This document shows positions 26,284-39,395 of a DNA stretch of 64,000 bases, in pieces (positions within the stretch are counted from its first letter, which is position 1; each line of letters opens with the position of its first letter). This stretch comes from the human T2T-CHM13v2.0 reference genome, Homo sapiens. The notes beneath the pieces were generated by a model, which did no database searches, was not told the DNA's origin, and worked only from the letters and a program-made list of their open reading frames with translations. Where the stretch lies: the NCBI RefSeq assembly GCF_009914755.1, contig NC_060940.1. One strand, given 5' to 3'. Both the position numbers and the translations under genes were made by a program.

Positions 26284-26925
26284 GTGTGTGCATGGTCAAG
26301 ATGTGTGTGTGTGTGCTTGTGCACGTGCATTTTGGTATGGTCCACTGTGTGTGCCCTCTGCATGTGTGTGTGTGTTTGTGCATGTGAATGGTGTGAGTGT
26401 ACGTTCAGTGTGTGTGTGTGTAAGTGTGGGTATGTTTAATAAGCATGTGGGAAGGTGTGCATGATTGGTATCCTGTGTGTACACATGGAGAGTAATGGTG
26501 TCCTTTCTTCATGTGCCTGTGCCTTTAGTGCCCTTGGTGTGTGTTTTGTGATGGTGTGTGTGCCCGTATGTGCATGGTCAGTGTGTACATTGAACATGCA
26601 TGCTTGAGTGTGTGCCCTCTGTGTGTGTGCATGTTTGCCCACATGGTTAGAGATGTATTTGTTTTGGGCACATAGATATATGTCCTATATGTGTGTGCTT
26701 CTTGATGCCTCCTGTGTGTGCTCAGACCGTGAATGCGTATGTATACAAGATGTGGACCCCAAATGCATCTGTCATCCTAGTAGGCAGGTTGTATGTGCAT
26801 CCGATAGATGTGCATGTCCCAGGTGTATGGATTTATTGCAAAACCACTGTATGTGTCTCATGCACATGTCAGTTTGTGTGAATGAGAGAGAGAGCACAGA
26901 ATCAAAAACCATGCATGTGTTGGTG
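26284..26925. repeat. Degenerate (TG)n/(TGCA)-rich low-complexity region
   Basis: About 640 bp of interrupted TG runs. Confidence 0.85.
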
Positions 26926-27129
26926 CTACTAATTTGAGGCATACCCAGCTTGTCAACCACCATCTTAAGCTATTGGAGCTCCTTAGCAGGGCACATAGGA
27001 CCTGCTCAGTCACAAGCCCTCCTGCCACACCACTGCAGCCTTATCACCTGTCACGTCACCCCCACCCCCCAAACTATTGTCCCCTTCGTTCTAATCCTAT
27101 AAAACTGCCCACTGATCCTTGAATGGGTT

Positions 27130-27390
27130 AGGTGGCTCCATGCTTCTGAGCCTTTGTTCATGCCCTTCTCTTTCCTGGAATGCCTCTTGCTTTCTCCCAC
27201 CTTTCTGACACCTACTCATTGTTTAGAACTAGGCTCCAGTCTCCACATGTCTGTGAAGTCTCCTTGAACTCGCCATTTCCTTCTTTGTCTTTCAACACAT
27301 TTTTCTCAAAGCACCTCTAACATTTGAGGGTCTTGTTTGCCTACATGTCTCTTTTCCTATCCACAGTGGTAACCACTAGGGCAAGGACAA
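27130..27390 (+). mobile_element. L2 fragment
   Basis: gcctttgttcatgcccttctctttcctggaatgcc...cacctactcatt. Confidence 0.65.
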
Positions 27391-27608
27391 TGCTATCACA
27401 CCCCGGGGCTCCCACTAAGCATGCTCTCACCTCACAGCGGCCACATTAGACAGGTGACTTTATCCTGACCTGAGAGATGGGAACACTGTGACGCACTTAG
27501 AGACACAGAACTGCTAAGTAACTAGGCAAGAAATCAACTCCGTTTCTGACTCTGGGGCCCACGTATGATATTGTCACACCATTTCCAGGTTGAAATGTAT
27601 TCTTCCAA

Positions 27609-27715
27609 TTGATTGATTGATAAATATTTATTGAGCACTTGCTGTATACCAGGTGCTGTTCTAAGCACTCAGAATATAGTTCAAAGCTGTCCTCATGGAG
27701 CTTACATGCTAGTTC
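27609..27715 (-). mobile_element. L2 3' end
   Basis: aaatatttattgagcacttgctgtataccaggtgctgttctaagc...tcctcatggagcttaca. Confidence 0.8.
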
Positions 27716-27741
27716 TGGTCCACTCATGGGAAGCTGAAACG

Positions 27742-27764
27742 GATGATGATGATGATGATGATGT

Positions 27765-27807
<43 letters not shown>

Positions 27808-27829
27808 CGTGCGCGCACGAGAGAGAGAG
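27742..27829. repeat. Compound microsatellite (GAT)7(GT)13(GA)9-gcgtgcgcgcac-(GA)5
   Basis: Read directly. Confidence 0.97.
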
Positions 27830-27940
27830 CAGGAAAGTCCCAAGATCCAACATTATCTTAGAAAAATTGTTACCTGAGAAGTCATTTGTGCAACTGCCAA
27901 ATTGAGGGGATGAGATAAGAACCGTTCTCAGAAGAGAAAC

Positions 27941-28423
27941 TGTGGCACTCAGAATAATGGTTCCCAAAGATGTCCACATCCTTTGGGAGATTAAGTGGCC
28001 AAGGGGAATGAAGGTTGCAGATGAAATGAAGGTTGCTGAGCTAACTTTAAAATAGAGAGGTTCTCCTGGATTATCTGGGTGGGCCCCATGTAATCACATG
28101 GGATCTTAAAAATATAAGGGAGGGCACAAGAAGAAAGAGTCATGTGATGTAATTTGAAAAGGACTTACCCACTATGGCTGGCTCTGAAGATGGAGGACGA
28201 GGCCAAGGGCTAACAGGCAGCTTCTAGAAGCTGAAGAAGGTGAGATAATGGCTTCTCTTCTAGAGCCTCCAGAAGGAACACAGCCCTGCCAACATCTTGA
28301 GTTCGGCTCAGTAAAACCCACATTCATATTCTAGCCTCCAGAATTGTAAGAGCATGAATTTGTGTTGTTTCAAGCTGCTAAATTTGAGGTTAATAGTTAT
28401 AGCAGCAATCGGGAATGAATACA
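27941..28423 (+). mobile_element. MLT1D-like MaLR solo LTR
   Basis: TG...CA termini; cctggattatctgggtgggccc, ctagagcctccagaaggaacacagccctgcc. Confidence 0.9.
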
Positions 28424-29618
28424 GGAGCCAAAGTCTCAGGGTAGGAGAAACTGGTTGTTGCATTAAAATAGGATCTAGATGGGGGCTTGATGGGATAAAG
28501 GCATTATAAAAGGTGAGGTCTGTTGAATGAGAGTCATCAATGAGCAAGCTCCAGCTGTATACACCCAGATTAACGGTCACAGTGCATGCACACTGGGACT
28601 CTGGTTGGCCTCAACTGCAGTGACAGGTGCATTTCACCAAGATATACGGAGTTATTTAAAGGAACACTATGGGCTATTATTCCTGCTTCTAATTTTAGGA
28701 AAAAAGTGAGACCACCAGGGACCAACGGAACAGTCACCACTACTGAAAGACGTGTCTCACAATATGAACTTTACCCAGACTCAAACTCCCAGGACCTCTA
28801 CAGGCAAGGCTCTGGTGATGGTGAGCCCCAGGCCCTGTCCTGAATGAAGGTCAGTCTGATTCCAGACAGACCCCCTCTGTTTGATTGTTATCCCTGCTGC
28901 CTGAAAGCCCTGGGTGGTGATGGCCAGTCGCACTGGAGGAGGCGTCAATAGCCATAAAGTGAATAATTACATATTTCCCACTTAGGCTCCTAGTATGGGG
29001 CTGAGAGAGAGATCCACAAATAGGGCTGCTACTATGGAAGCTCATGAGGGAAACTGGCCTGAAGCTGAGGAACAAGATGGGGTGGGTTCCATTACCGCAA
29101 TTAGCTCACTGTGTAAACAGCACTTAAGGGCTCTATCTGGGAGTTTGCAGTAATCCATCTGAAATAGACAACTATTTTATGCAGGGAGGCATGAGGGGAA
29201 TTCTTTCCAAGTCAATTGAATAGTCTAGTCTGCAAACAGTCCTCTTCCTCCTCTTTCAGGCTCTACCTTGCCTCCCCCTCCCCCATAACAGCTGTGTTCC
29301 CTTGAATGGTCAATCAAGCACTGTATGAACCTGGCATGTGGGAAACTTTCAGCATTGCCTGGGCTCTGTTTATCCCATGCTGGGGTTTTGCTGAATTTCT
29401 TCTTTCTTCCTCCCTGACAATCGCCACGCTCTTTGTTCTGTCCGCTGTGGATTTGGGTGTTACAGATACAAGGGGTAAGAGAGCTGTGTTTGCTGTAGAA
29501 GTAAGGTGCCTCTGCAAGGAGTTAAGAGGCCCCCAGAGATTCCTACCCAAACCTTCCAACGTTTCTCATTCTTCTGAGGATCTGCAGGTTGCCTGTTTGT
29601 GTGCAGCTCCTGAATGTT

Positions 29619-29658
29619 TCTCTCTCTCCCTCTCTCTCTCTCTCTTTCTCTCTCTCTC
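29619..29658. repeat. (CT)n microsatellite
   Basis: Read directly. Confidence 0.9.
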
Positions 29659-30072
29659 GGGAATCCTGGTTGAGGCCACCATTTTATCATCAGACTGGAC
29701 TCTGGGTAAAGCAATGCTGCCCAGAACTGGGAAAATTCCAATTACTAAGTTTTAGAAACTGAAATATATTATACCTTTTTTAGCAACCTATTCTCGTATT
29801 TCTCCTGTTTTGGCTCTTTGGAAGGAAATAGCTAAAAATTGTCATGAAGAGATGTTAACCAGGTTAAAAAATATAACATTGACATAGTGACTCTAGCGGA
29901 CCATAGTTTACTTGCCTCCTTTCCCCTACATCCCGGTCTATGTAATTTGAGATCATATACATTTTGTATAAAAATCTTGAAACAAAAATGAAGGTCTGAA
30001 TCTTGACCAACTGTTTAGTGACTTAAAGGATTTTTCTATAATATCAAATGCCTCATAAAGAATGGTAAAGAA

Positions 30073-30476
<404 letters not shown>

Positions 30477-30523
30477 TTCTTGAATGAATGAATTTTTATA
30501 ACTCTACAAGTTGAGGGTTTTAC

Positions 30524-30728
30524 CTCAGAGAGGTGCAGTGTCTTGCCAGAGACCATCCAGGTACTGAGAGTTAGGGTTCAGGCCCCTTCCATAGCTCTGC
30601 AGCTGTGCCATGGATTGTTTCAGAACATTCCTTGCGGCCTGTAGCAGGGGCGGACCTTTTAGGTTCCGTCTAGTGGACATAGTACAGTAGGCCTCCTTTC
30701 TCAGCATACAGAAGCTTTCTAGATCTGG
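30524..30728 (-). ncRNA. Candidate non-coding exon (205 nt)
   Basis: Minus-strand acceptor gttcattttgcag| at 30729 and donor gag|gtaaaa at 30523; upstream donor cag|gtatga at 30821; no sustained ORF. Confidence 0.25.
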
Positions 30729-30784
30729 CTGCAAAATGAACAACACAGTCTCTGTTATAAAGAAAACCACAGCTTGAAAAAAAT

Positions 30785-31870
30785 AGTACGGACACAGCTG
30801 ATTCACCAGGGTGACTCATACCTGGGATCACGGCGCCTCGACTCGGCTTCCCATGGCCTGTCGTGGCTTGCGAAGGACCATGGCAACTTGAACAGACAGA
30901 ACTTTCCCCTTGAATGCTGGGGACGGATCCACCCGGCTGGGTACAGGGTGAGTTCCACGCAGCCAGCCGTCAAGATAACTTTATCAAGGACGCGGAATCA
31001 GATTTCAGAGAATACAGTGGACAGCCTTGGAAGGCACTTGGAAGTTTCCAGTCCTATCCTGGCCAGCTCAGTGCACCCCTCTGTGAAGAGCTTATGGTCC
31101 TTGGGAGCAGTGGCCAGTTACAGTGTGCACAGGAAGGCATTTCAGTAATCATTCAGCGAGGTCAGAGCTGGTGCGGGAAATGGGTCTTCACATGCAGGCA
31201 GGTACGGGTGATAATTATCCTGGAAAACTTGTCACGTCAAGCTCGGAGTTCGTCTCTTTACCTATAAGCCCATAATGCCACTGTGATTACATCAGGCCTC
31301 TGGGAGGCCACGTGCGTGGTCCTCTGTTATCTGTTGATAGATTACTCTGTAATTGCACTCACATCGTTTTCTTGAGGACAAGAGGGTGTAATTGTCTTGT
31401 TTTGTGTGTCTCACATTTCTCATTGTGCAGTTAATCCCCCTGATCTGGTTCGCTGAGAGACTGAGTTTATAGAGATGTGGGTGAATTTCCACTACCCCCA
31501 TTAGGGGTCTTTGTGCCCCTAGAGCCCACGGTTGCCCGAATTCCACCCATTAGAAAAAAGAATGGGCTAATTAAGTCTGGCAGCCTAATTTTGTGCTTTC
31601 TAATTTTGCCCTTTAAATGCATCATAATTATCAGATGCAAAATACATTTTCAAATGCAGAGCCAGTGACGGGTGTATTTTTAAATGTGCAGGGCTAAGAT
31701 GGGAGTTAGCAAAGAAGCAGGCAATATTTTTAACTTGTATCATCGGGCAGGAAAAGGCCATTGTTTCTCTGATTCCCACCACTGCATTTGGAATGAAAAT
31801 AACATTTATTCCAAGTGCTACTGAAATGCCTGTATTGTGTTGCTGTCACTGGAAACGCTGCTGGGTGACA
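30785..31870. promoter_or_regulatory. Candidate enhancer or promoter: CpG-enriched, GATA cluster, AP-1, CRE-like site, E-box, TAAT motifs
   Basis: About 21 CpG in 30785-31320; no recognisable repeat; motifs read directly. Confidence 0.45.
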
Positions 31871-32659
31871 TGTTCTTTGGGATGTGCTTGGACAAAGGAG
31901 GTGAGATCATAGCCTGAGACTCGTGGCTTCACGTTAAGGCATGGGGTACATGCCTCTACAGAGGCTGCGAGAAGTCAGGGTTGGTGTAGATAGGAACTTG
32001 GAAGAGCTCTTGGTGACCAAGTAACAGAAGTCCTTTCTTATTTTTAATGCTTTTAATAGCTCTTAAAATTATTGACAAAAGCATGTACCCAAAGCCTTTG
32101 ATTACTGGAGCTTTTGGACATAACTTTTTTTACTTGTCCCCAACCCCTCCTAAGAGGTATTTTACAATTTTATTCAAAGCGAATCCTGAAAACAAAAAAA
32201 GTCATAATGACATATCATATTACATTTAAAATATGTATGTATCTTGCTTAATGTGTGCAGTCCATATAAACTGTGTATCCCATATATCAATGCAGCATAA
32301 TGCATTTCAGTGGATCTAGCATCAAAAATAACCATGAAAGAGAGGTTAGCATGAGACTCGGCTCCTTGGAGTGGTTCCCTCTGCAAGTTTAAGTTTCTTC
32401 ATTTCATGAAACCCTTTGTATTTTAGATGGAGAATCTTCTCCCACTTCCCCTACGGGAAAGGACAATGTAGTCTCTGCACATGAACCCACTGCTCCTTCT
32501 TGGACCCTGGGGTACATTCCAAAGGGGTGTTGACATCTCACCGCAGAGACTTGGAGTGTAAGAAGAGCAAATTGCTCACAGGCCTCTATGCCAGCAGAGC
32601 TCTCTGGAAGCCACTGGATCTTGTCTGGAATCCCTTCTAATTAGGTACAATAAAACGGA

Positions 32660-33408
32660 TCGCATACATGTTCATAGCAGCATTATTCCCAATAGCCAAA
32701 AGGTGGAAGCAACCCAAATGGTGAATGGATAAACACATTCATGTTATGGCCCATGATGGAATATCACTCAGTTGTAAAAAGGAATGATGTCCTGATTAAT
32801 GCTGCCACATGGAATAACCTTGAAAACATGCTAGGAGGTGAAACAAGCCAGACACAAAAGCCACATTTTGTAGGATTCAATTTCATTATTGGTTGATTTG
32901 AGAATCAATGTTTTTATGTATTCTCGCATTGCCCAATTCCAAAAAGGGTTTGGAGCAGCTTACAAACATGCCCACGCAAAGGGAGCCACAAAATAATGGC
33001 AAACTGACAATGGAACGGAGGGTGAAGGAAGAAATGGTGAATATTAGACTTGTGGTGCACAACCCAACAACGTGCAACGTTCACTTATCAACCAGGCAGG
33101 TTTACTTAGGACAGTAGAAAAACCTGATGTGGCTACACCATTCTGTCTGATTCCATTTACATGGAATGCCAGAATAGGCAAATTCATAGAGGGAGAAAGT
33201 AAATTCGTGGTTCCAGCGGCTGAGAGAAGGGGTTCATGAGGAGTTACTACTTAATGGGAACAGGATATCCTTTTGGGGTGTGATGAAGATTCTCTGAAAT
33301 TAGAAGATGGTGATGGTTGCACAACCTTGTGAATATGCTTAAACCATTGAATTGTACATTTTAAATGGGTGAATTTAAGGTTATGTGAATTGTATCTCCA
33401 TAAAAATA
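32660..33408 (+). mobile_element. L1MB-type 3' end with a ~250-bp non-L1 insert
   Basis: tgttcatagcagcattattc...gccagacacaaaag; resumes at gattccatttacatggaatgccagaataggcaaat...gtgaattgtatctccataaa. Confidence 0.88.
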
Positions 33409-33724
33409 TTGGGTTACATTATAAAATTGGAAAAAAAAAGAAAGATCGATGACCTCTTTACTTCTATGTTTTCCCTTAGAAATGGAAACCAGATATATGT
33501 TTCAATATTGATTTGGTGATGCTTGGTTTCTTTAAAGGAGAAAAAATTTCTGTGGATAAGTGATAAGGTGGCTTGAGAGGCTGTCCACGGACCCAGCAGT
33601 ATGGGGGGAGGAATCCCCCTGTGGAGACAGCACAGGTGATTGTCCAGGCCTGAGAAAGGCAAGGCTCTTGTAGAGCTCGCAAAGCTCAGTGTAAGAAAAT
33701 AAATGGGAGCAGGCACACATTACC

Positions 33725-33905
33725 CTTGGAGCCAGACAACCTGGGTTCACATCCTGGCCACGCCACTAAGAGCTGTGTGACCTTAAGCAGATTGCCTAAA
33801 CTCTCTGTGCTTAAATGACCTCATCGACAAGATGAGGAAACTAATAGTACCTACCTTGATGCATGCTTTTGGGGGATTCAATGATGAATTGTCATCTGTA
33901 AAGAG
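33725..33905 (+). mobile_element. MIR SINE
   Basis: ggagccagacaacctgggttcacatcctgg...gctgtgtgacctt...aatagtacctacct. Confidence 0.85.
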
Positions 33906-33964
33906 ACCCAGAGTTCTGTAAACTGCTATGTGTATTTTTATCAAAGAAAATAATCTAGTAATTA

Positions 33965-34436
33965 TTTTATTTTCTTTTTGCTACTGTAACAAATTAGCAC
34001 AAATTAAGCAGCTTAAAATAACTGAAATGTGTTATCTTACCTTTCTGGCAGTCAGAAGTTGGAAATGGGTCTCTGGGGCTAAGATCAAGGTGTCGACAGG
34101 ACGGTGTTTGTTCTGGAAGCTGCAGGGGAGAATCAGTTCCATTCTTTTCCCAGTTTGCAGAGGCCACCCGAGTTCCTTGGCTTGTTGCCCCGCACTTCAC
34201 TGACCTTTGCCTCAGACATTACCTCTCCTCCTCGGATTCTGACCCTCCTGCCTCCCTCTTATGTGGACCCTGTGATTATATCCAGCCCACTTAGATAATT
34301 GAGGATAATTGCCCCATAAAGACCCTTAACTTGATTACACTTGCAAAGTTCTTTTCACCATGGAATATAACATATTCACAGGTTCTGGAGTTTAGGATGA
34401 GACGATCTTTGGGGGACCTTTAGTCTGTCTACTACA
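33965..34436 (-). mobile_element. MLT1C/D MaLR solo LTR
   Basis: ctgtaacaaattagcacaaa...gggctaagatcaaggtgtc...catattcacaggttctgg...ctactaca. Confidence 0.9.
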
Positions 34437-34729
34437 GGAATATATTAATTTATGATTCAGACGGTTAGACCTACATGCAATTAGGTAGGGGGTTAGAAAG
34501 TAGTTGAAGAGCTCTGAGACTTTTCTTTAATTCAATTACACCAAGTGGTCATGGGCCCAAGGAAAGCCAGGCTGGCATCCTAGACCTTTAGCCCTCATCA
34601 TTCTGGTCCCTTCTACACCAGCAGAGGAAAGAGACATTCTGCCTCCTGCAGATCCTTGGACAAAAGGTCATATAGCACTTTGCTCCCCATTATGTAGACA
34701 TGTTGTCCACAGGCTCCCTGGCATCCTGT

Positions 34730-35160
34730 GCTGGCTCACGTCACCTTATCAATAAAGCCTACCCTGGCTGTCCTATTCAAAATCACATCCTGGCCTCTGT
34801 CTCAGCTCTTCCCATGCTACTTCTCTGCTGAATTTTTCTCCATCTTACCATCTAAGGCTTCATATAATGCATGTATATATAAATGGGACCTGAAATACAA
34901 GCTCTGTTGGAGCAAAAACAGTGTCTTGCATGAGGGAGGCTCTCGGTGTCTATTTGTTGGCTGACTGAGAGAATGAATGAGTGAACTTCTATAGGATATT
35001 TGCATGCTATATTCCATTGTAGATGGAGACTTGTTTGTCCCCCTCACTGGACTGGAAACTCCTGGAGGGCAAGACCAAGTTCAAGTCTTTTGCCAAGGGT
35101 TCTTTGCAGAGGGTGTGGCACACCAGGACCACTGCTAATTGTTTGGTGAATGGCTGAAAG
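34730..35160 (+). mobile_element. L2 fragments
   Basis: ctggactggaaactcctggagggcaagacc; gaatgaatga tails. Confidence 0.65.
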
Positions 35161-35964
35161 GGCCAGAAAGTGGCATTTGGAGACAAAGGGCAGAATGCAT
35201 GACTGTCTTGAGGGCCAGTCATGTGTCTGGACAGGACCTCTGGGAAGATTGCATCATAGGCAGGGACCAAGGTCATTCTGTCCTAAGGTGCAGAGGCAGC
35301 AGAGCCTCCTATTCACATGATTTGTGACTTCTAACATTTAATTTACCTTAATTTTTATTTGCTTTGCCTGAAGGAGTTCATTCTCAGACGATTCTTTAGT
35401 AGACATGTCACTGCACAGAGTGCCCATGCCCTGACCGGCAGCTTGCAGACCAATGGGATCTGGAATGTGCTGCCTTACCTGGGAGGGTGTTGTGCAAGGC
35501 AAGTATGAGGCAGCACATCAACCCCGCTGTTTAACACCGAGCTGGCTAGATGCATTTATGGGACCAGCACAGCCTTGGGAGGCATCCGCTTTTGTGAAAT
35601 CTGGTAGAAGCTTAGAGCTTCCATCAGCACCTCCTGTAGTAAACCTTACAAGCAGCATCCACAGTAAACAGTAACAGAAAACATCACAGCAATGACCATA
35701 CCCTCCTCTATCATTATGACAGATGAACACGCTGAGGCTCAGAAAGGGGGCCGATTAATCCCATACCATAGAGGAGCTAGTGGTAGAAAGGTGACGGGAG
35801 CTCCACTCTCTTGGCTTTCAAACCAACGCTCCTACATAATTCCCAGTGAAGGGGCAGGGAATATTCTCATTCACTCATTGATTCATCGAATCATGAATTT
35901 AATTAGTCATCCAATTGATCACTCATCCTTTCCTTCCTCTCCAGCCCTACCTTTCCCCTTGCTC

Positions 35965-36310
35965 CTCCCTGCCCTGGCCACACTACTGCTCTTTCGTGTT
36001 CCAGCAGATACCATGGCTTCTCCTACTGCAGGATCTTTGCACGTGCTATTCCTTTTTTCCTGGAACACACTCCTCCCCACTTCTTGCCCAGTTGTTTCCT
36101 ACTCACTCTTCTCCTCTGCCCAGGGGAGTCTTCCCTAACCTGCTTGGGTCATATCTCAATATTCTGTACTCTCAGCACGTCATCTCCCTCCCTCCCTATT
36201 ATACAGCACAACTTGATTACAATCTACCTCACCCATTGGACTGTGAGACAGTTCAATGAGAATAGAGACTGAATATGTGCTCAATTAATATTTTTTGAAT
36301 GAATGAGTAA
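35965..36310 (+). mobile_element. L2 3' part
   Basis: ctttgcacgtgctattccttttt...cctggaacac...tgctcaattaatattttttgaatgaatga. Confidence 0.75.
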
Positions 36311-37165
36311 ATTATTGAACAAATGGATTTAAAAATTGACAACACACAGGTGCTGGGGACAAAAAATTAAAATGAGAATGGAATGAACAAGTAAGAGAGC
36401 AAGAGATAAGATTCACGTGTAAACAGTTATAATTCAACTTAGAAAGTGGTTTCCGCTAGAAGAGAAGTCAAAACCCATACTGTGGATTTTGGAGCTAGAA
36501 GCTCACGTCTGGGGTTGTGGGGGAGGGCCTAATTTTGGAAAGCTTCCCAGAGGAAGTCGGCTTTTAATCTATATTTATCCTAGGGAACCTCACAATCTAG
36601 CAGACAGGATACGGCAAACACCAGAGCCAGAGAAGTGCTGTGAGGCCTGGGTGGGCTGGCATAGACTGTGCCCAATATGAGTGTCTCTACCAGACAACTT
36701 TTGGGGCCCATGCCACAGTCTATTCCTAGGGAGCTATCAAACCTGTGTGGGATGGGACTTCAGGCAGCCAGACCAGCAGGTGGGGCAGCTCCCACTCCCT
36801 CACCATATAAATCTGGAGGGGCCCAGGTTTTCTCACATGCCAAGGTCTAGCAGCTTTCTGGGGTGGGGTAGGATAGGTCCCTCCAGGGAATACTCCATGC
36901 CCTGACCATCTGGATGGCAAAGAACTTGGCACAACCCTTGCCTCCCCAGGGAGGCTTGACATCCGGTAAACCAACTGGTTTGACAAGCAATTAAACCTGC
37001 CTTAACACAATGAAAGGCATTAGTAGGACACTCTGTTACTTGTCCATAGCATTAAGGTTCACAGAAAGAGTGGAGAATCATAGCACCCTGGAAGTGCACA
37101 GCATCTCTCATATCCAACTTCTCTAGGAATTTCTCCTGTAATATATTTTGTTCAAAATGGTCACT

Positions 37166-37624
<459 letters not shown>

Positions 37625-38029
37625 TAGGTCCGACTTTAGGGCTGGGCTGACCACGGAGGAGGAAGACAAGATGAACACCTCTGTTGCACTGGAACATCAA
37701 CTTCTGTTAATATATCCCAAATCTGTATTGACTTCTTCATCAGCCAGACATCACCCTTGCTTTATATTGATCATTCTTGTTGACTAGGACACTGCTGGCT
37801 TTTTTTTTTCCATGTATGTTCCTGCTTGGTCTTTTTTTCTCCAACCTATTTTGTGTTTTTAGTTTTTTCTTCTAAATCAAAGTAGGTGTGTTTTGTATCT
37901 ATTTTTGCATCAATTTTAATGAGATGTTGCCATTATTCCTGTCTGAGAAATATGATCAGACTCTGGTCCTTTCATTGTTTTGATTTCCTTGTAGTCTTCC
38001 TGCCATCCACGAATTTTGTCTACTGGACA

Positions 38030-38101
38030 CCACGCTGCCACCTTGGGGATCACATTTCAACATGAGTTGGGGTGGGGACCAACCATATTCACACCACAGC
38101 A
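38030..38101 (-). mobile_element. MST/MLT1A LTR end fragment
   Basis: ttggggatcacatttcaacatgagttgggg...catattcacaccacagca. Confidence 0.7.
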
Positions 38102-39224
38102 ATGGGTCATGTTTCAACTCCTTTTGGGGAATTGTGAAATTTGAGGTGGGCTAATGTGTAAACCAGATAAGTAACTAAAGCCCCCATATGGAGAACCCAC
38201 TCCTTGGGATAACCCAGAGCCCCCTTTCATGAGAAATTCTGCCTGGCTTGGTAATGGACTCATCTAAGAACTAGCCAAGGATGAGTGGGTTTTCAGTGCA
38301 TTTGCTCCAAATGCTCACACCAGGTCTTTGGTATAACTGTGAAGTGCATGGGATGGGTGTTTCAGACTCCTGTCTTCTTTCCCCCAAAGCCAACCAGAGG
38401 GTGGGTTCAAAAGTCTACCCTAACGTAGGGGTCTACATGAGAGAAGCTCTTCAAGAGCCTTTGGAAGCAAGCCAAAGAGGAAGAGAGCCAAAAGGGCTCT
38501 TTCCTGCCTAAATCTATGCAAATTGGTGGTTTGCCCTCCAAACATGAGTGTTTATCTCAGTTTCCTTTTCAGCTGATTGAGAGATTGGAAGAAGCAGAGA
38601 AGTGGTGACCCACCTGCACTCCGCCCCTTCGAACTGCTTTGCTCCTCCAAAACCTGGGATTTTGACTCCATCACCTCTTTTCAAAGGAGAAACCCAAAGG
38701 CCCTGGTCTGCTTTGCTCCTTGCACAATCCTGAGAATGCCCTCCCCACACCCTGTTCCCAGACCTTTCTTTGCACTGAAGTTGACTTCCAGTAACCAACT
38801 TAAGTTCTCTTGGAAGTAAAAAGCAGAGGCCACTCTCCTTAACCCCTCTGGAAAATGAAACACAGCTAAATACATTGATGCTCACCTGCATTTTATTCCT
38901 ATCATCGAAGGTGGGGAGCACAGACTCAGAATGTTAACATCTGCAAGGTTCGGGCGAACACCAGGTACAACTTTTTTGTTATAGACAACAAACTGGGTCC
39001 AGAAGAGAATGAGGAATTTGCCCCGAATGACCTAGATGGCCACTCAAAGGGCGTATTTTGAAGGTTGCAGACTCATAAAAGTTGGAATAACCCATTCCGA
39101 AGCTCAGAAAGCTCGCTGCACAGGCCAGATGATTGTGCAGCTGCTGCAGTGCGTTCTAGCTTTCTCAGGCACTTTACATATGTTATCTCCATCTTCACAA
39201 AAATATCTAAGGCCACAGTGATTT

Positions 39225-39395
39225 CTTTTTCTCTTTTTTTTTTAAAAGAAGTTACTGACCTAGTTAACGAATCTGATGAAATCTAAAATTCTTTCCCTCA
39301 TAAAAATTCATATATATAGACAATTATATTCAATTTTAAGGGCATCTTAAGGTACCCTTAAGGATCCATGGACTCCAGGCTACAAGCCCCTACTT
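39225..39395. mobile_element. hAT-Charlie MER fragment inserted in a MIR
   Basis: gaatctgatgaaa...atccatggactccaggctacaagcccct; the MIR resumes at gagtaaactgaggctcagagaagtta. Confidence 0.55.

Noticed and set aside
27497-27979. 160-aa ORF with a His run
   Set aside because: His, Thr and Ser-Leu runs come from the compound microsatellite and adjacent L2
28680-29110. Possible old LTR (MER21-like)
   Set aside because: Resemblance too weak to assign from memory
29243-29480. Plus-strand acceptor/donor pair; similar strong acceptors near 2977, 10379, 60746 and 61123
   Set aside because: Isolated splice-like motifs are common in bulk DNA; no coding frame or other support
30774-31267. Overlapping plus-strand ORFs (124 and 117 aa) in the CpG-rich patch
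   Set aside because: No recognisable domain or homology; ORF length is explained by higher GC
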